NCBI GenBank assembly: GCA_964588985.1
Contig: CAZPQW010000006.1
Location: 102,184 to 166,183 of the forward strand
Reading direction: 5' to 3'
Source of the DNA: an uncultured Solirubrobacteraceae bacterium
GTDB taxonomy: Bacteria > Actinomycetota > Thermoleophilia > Solirubrobacterales > Solirubrobacteraceae
DNA: 64,000 bases
Shown here: one piece after another, positions 63,261-64,000 of the stretch
Layout: every line of letters begins with the position of its first letter
Position numbering within the stretch: the first letter of the stretch is position 1
Notes under the pieces: generated by a model
Seen by the model: the letters and a program-made list of their open reading frames with translations, nothing else
What the model was told of the DNA's origin: nothing
Database searches by the model: none
Translations under genes and position numbers: made by a program

Positions 63261-63288
63261 TAATGGCGGCCGGCGGATCTGTCGATGG
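63261..63288 (+). promoter_or_regulatory. sigma-28-type promoter of pilT
   Basis: TAAT-N16-GTCGATGG; ATG 63295 follows after a 6-nt gap. Confidence 0.6.
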
Positions 63289-63294
63289 GCAGGC

Positions 63295-64000
63295 ATGGAT
63301 ATAGATTTCGCGGACCTTCTGATGGAGGTCGTCAACCGCCGTGCCTCCGACCTGCACCTGAGCTCCGGCGCTCACCCGACCGTTCGCGTCCGTGGGCGGC
63401 TCGTGCCGCTCGAGGACTACCCGAAGCTGGCGAGCACCGACACGCGCGAGATCGTCTACTCGATCCTCACCGGCGATCAGCGCCAGCGCCTGGAGACCGA
63501 CTGGCAGCTCGACTTCGCCTACTCGATCCCCGGCCACGCCCGCTTCCGTGTGAACGCCTACTACCAGCGCGGCGCGATCGGCGCTGCGTTCCGTCTGATC
63601 CCGTTCGGCATGACCTCGATCGACGATCTCGGCCTGCCCGCCGCGGTCCACGAGTTCACGCGCCGCCCGCGCGGCTTCGTGCTCGTCACCGGCCCCACCG
63701 GCTCGGGCAAGAGCACATCGCTCGCGGCGATGATCGACGAGATCAACAGCACGCGCGAGGAGCACATCATGACGATCGAGGACCCGATCGAGTTCCTGCA
63801 CGGCCACAAGAAGTGCATCGTCAACCAGCGCGAGCTCGGCTCCGACGCACAGAGCTTCGGCGCCGCCCTGAAGGCCGCCCTGCGCCAGGACCCCGACGTG
63901 ATCCTCGTCGGAGAGATGCGCGACCTGGACACGATCTCCACCGCCCTGACCGCGGCCGAGACCGGCCACCTCGTGTTCGCGACCCTGCACACGCAGGACG
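63295..64000 (+). CDS. pilT: type IV pilus retraction ATPase PilT, 3'-truncated by window edge (absent from the ORF track)
   Basis: Manual translation: MDIDFADLL...ASDLHL...RFRVNAY...VTGPTGSGKSTSLAAMID...IEDPIE...ALRQDPDVILVGEMRD...AAETGHLVFATLHT. Confidence 0.95.
   Translation, partial: MDIDFADLLMEVVNRRASDLHLSSGAHPTVRVRGRLVPLEDYPKLASTDTREIVYSILTGDQRQRLETDWQLDFAYSIPGHARFRVNAYYQRGAIGAAFRLIPFGMTSIDDLGLPAAVHEFTRRPRGFVLVTGPTGSGKSTSLAAMIDEINSTREEHIMTIEDPIEFLHGHKKCIVNQRELGSDAQSFGAALKAALRQDPDVILVGEMRDLDTISTALTAAETGHLVFATLHTQD

Overview
Very GC-rich actinobacterial chromosome segment. Gene content and order (xerC-whiG, alaS-ruvX-mltG-aroE-pilB-pilT, many leaderless genes) suggest Thermoleophilia/Solirubrobacterales; this is an inference. 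About 70 CDS and one tRNA-Met(CAT). Housekeeping genes: thiD, ilvD, xerC, whiG/fliA, rnhA, rodA/ftsW, dtd, ftcD, hisS, mnmA, alaS, ruvX, mltG, aroE, pilB and a truncated pilT. Also present: a hopanoid cluster (shc-hpnCDEGH) flanked by GT-C glycosyltransferases, two PIN toxin-antitoxin pairs, two EAL proteins, a two-component system with an HtrA/MsrQ-like/ApbE module, tandem secreted cupredoxins with a Kelch protein, and a lower-GC islet at the tRNA 3' end (EcoRI-family methylase, DUF262-HNH nuclease, IS110 scar). Best leads: (1) an uncharacterised gene pair at 2475-3349, a small protein with a ubiquitin/sulfur-carrier-like FFPRAAGG motif plus a membrane-anchored Cys-containing partner; (2) four sigma-28-type promoters (T[AC]A[AGT]-N16-G[CT]CGA) at leaderless spacing before a c-di-GMP phosphodiesterase, a microprotein, a membrane-anchored protein and pilT; (3) an ApbE flavinylation module whose candidate substrate lacks the canonical motif, with repeated MprA-like boxes; (4) an IscU-MnmA fusion; (5) the methylase/DUF262-HNH pair. 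All calls were made by eye, without database searches.
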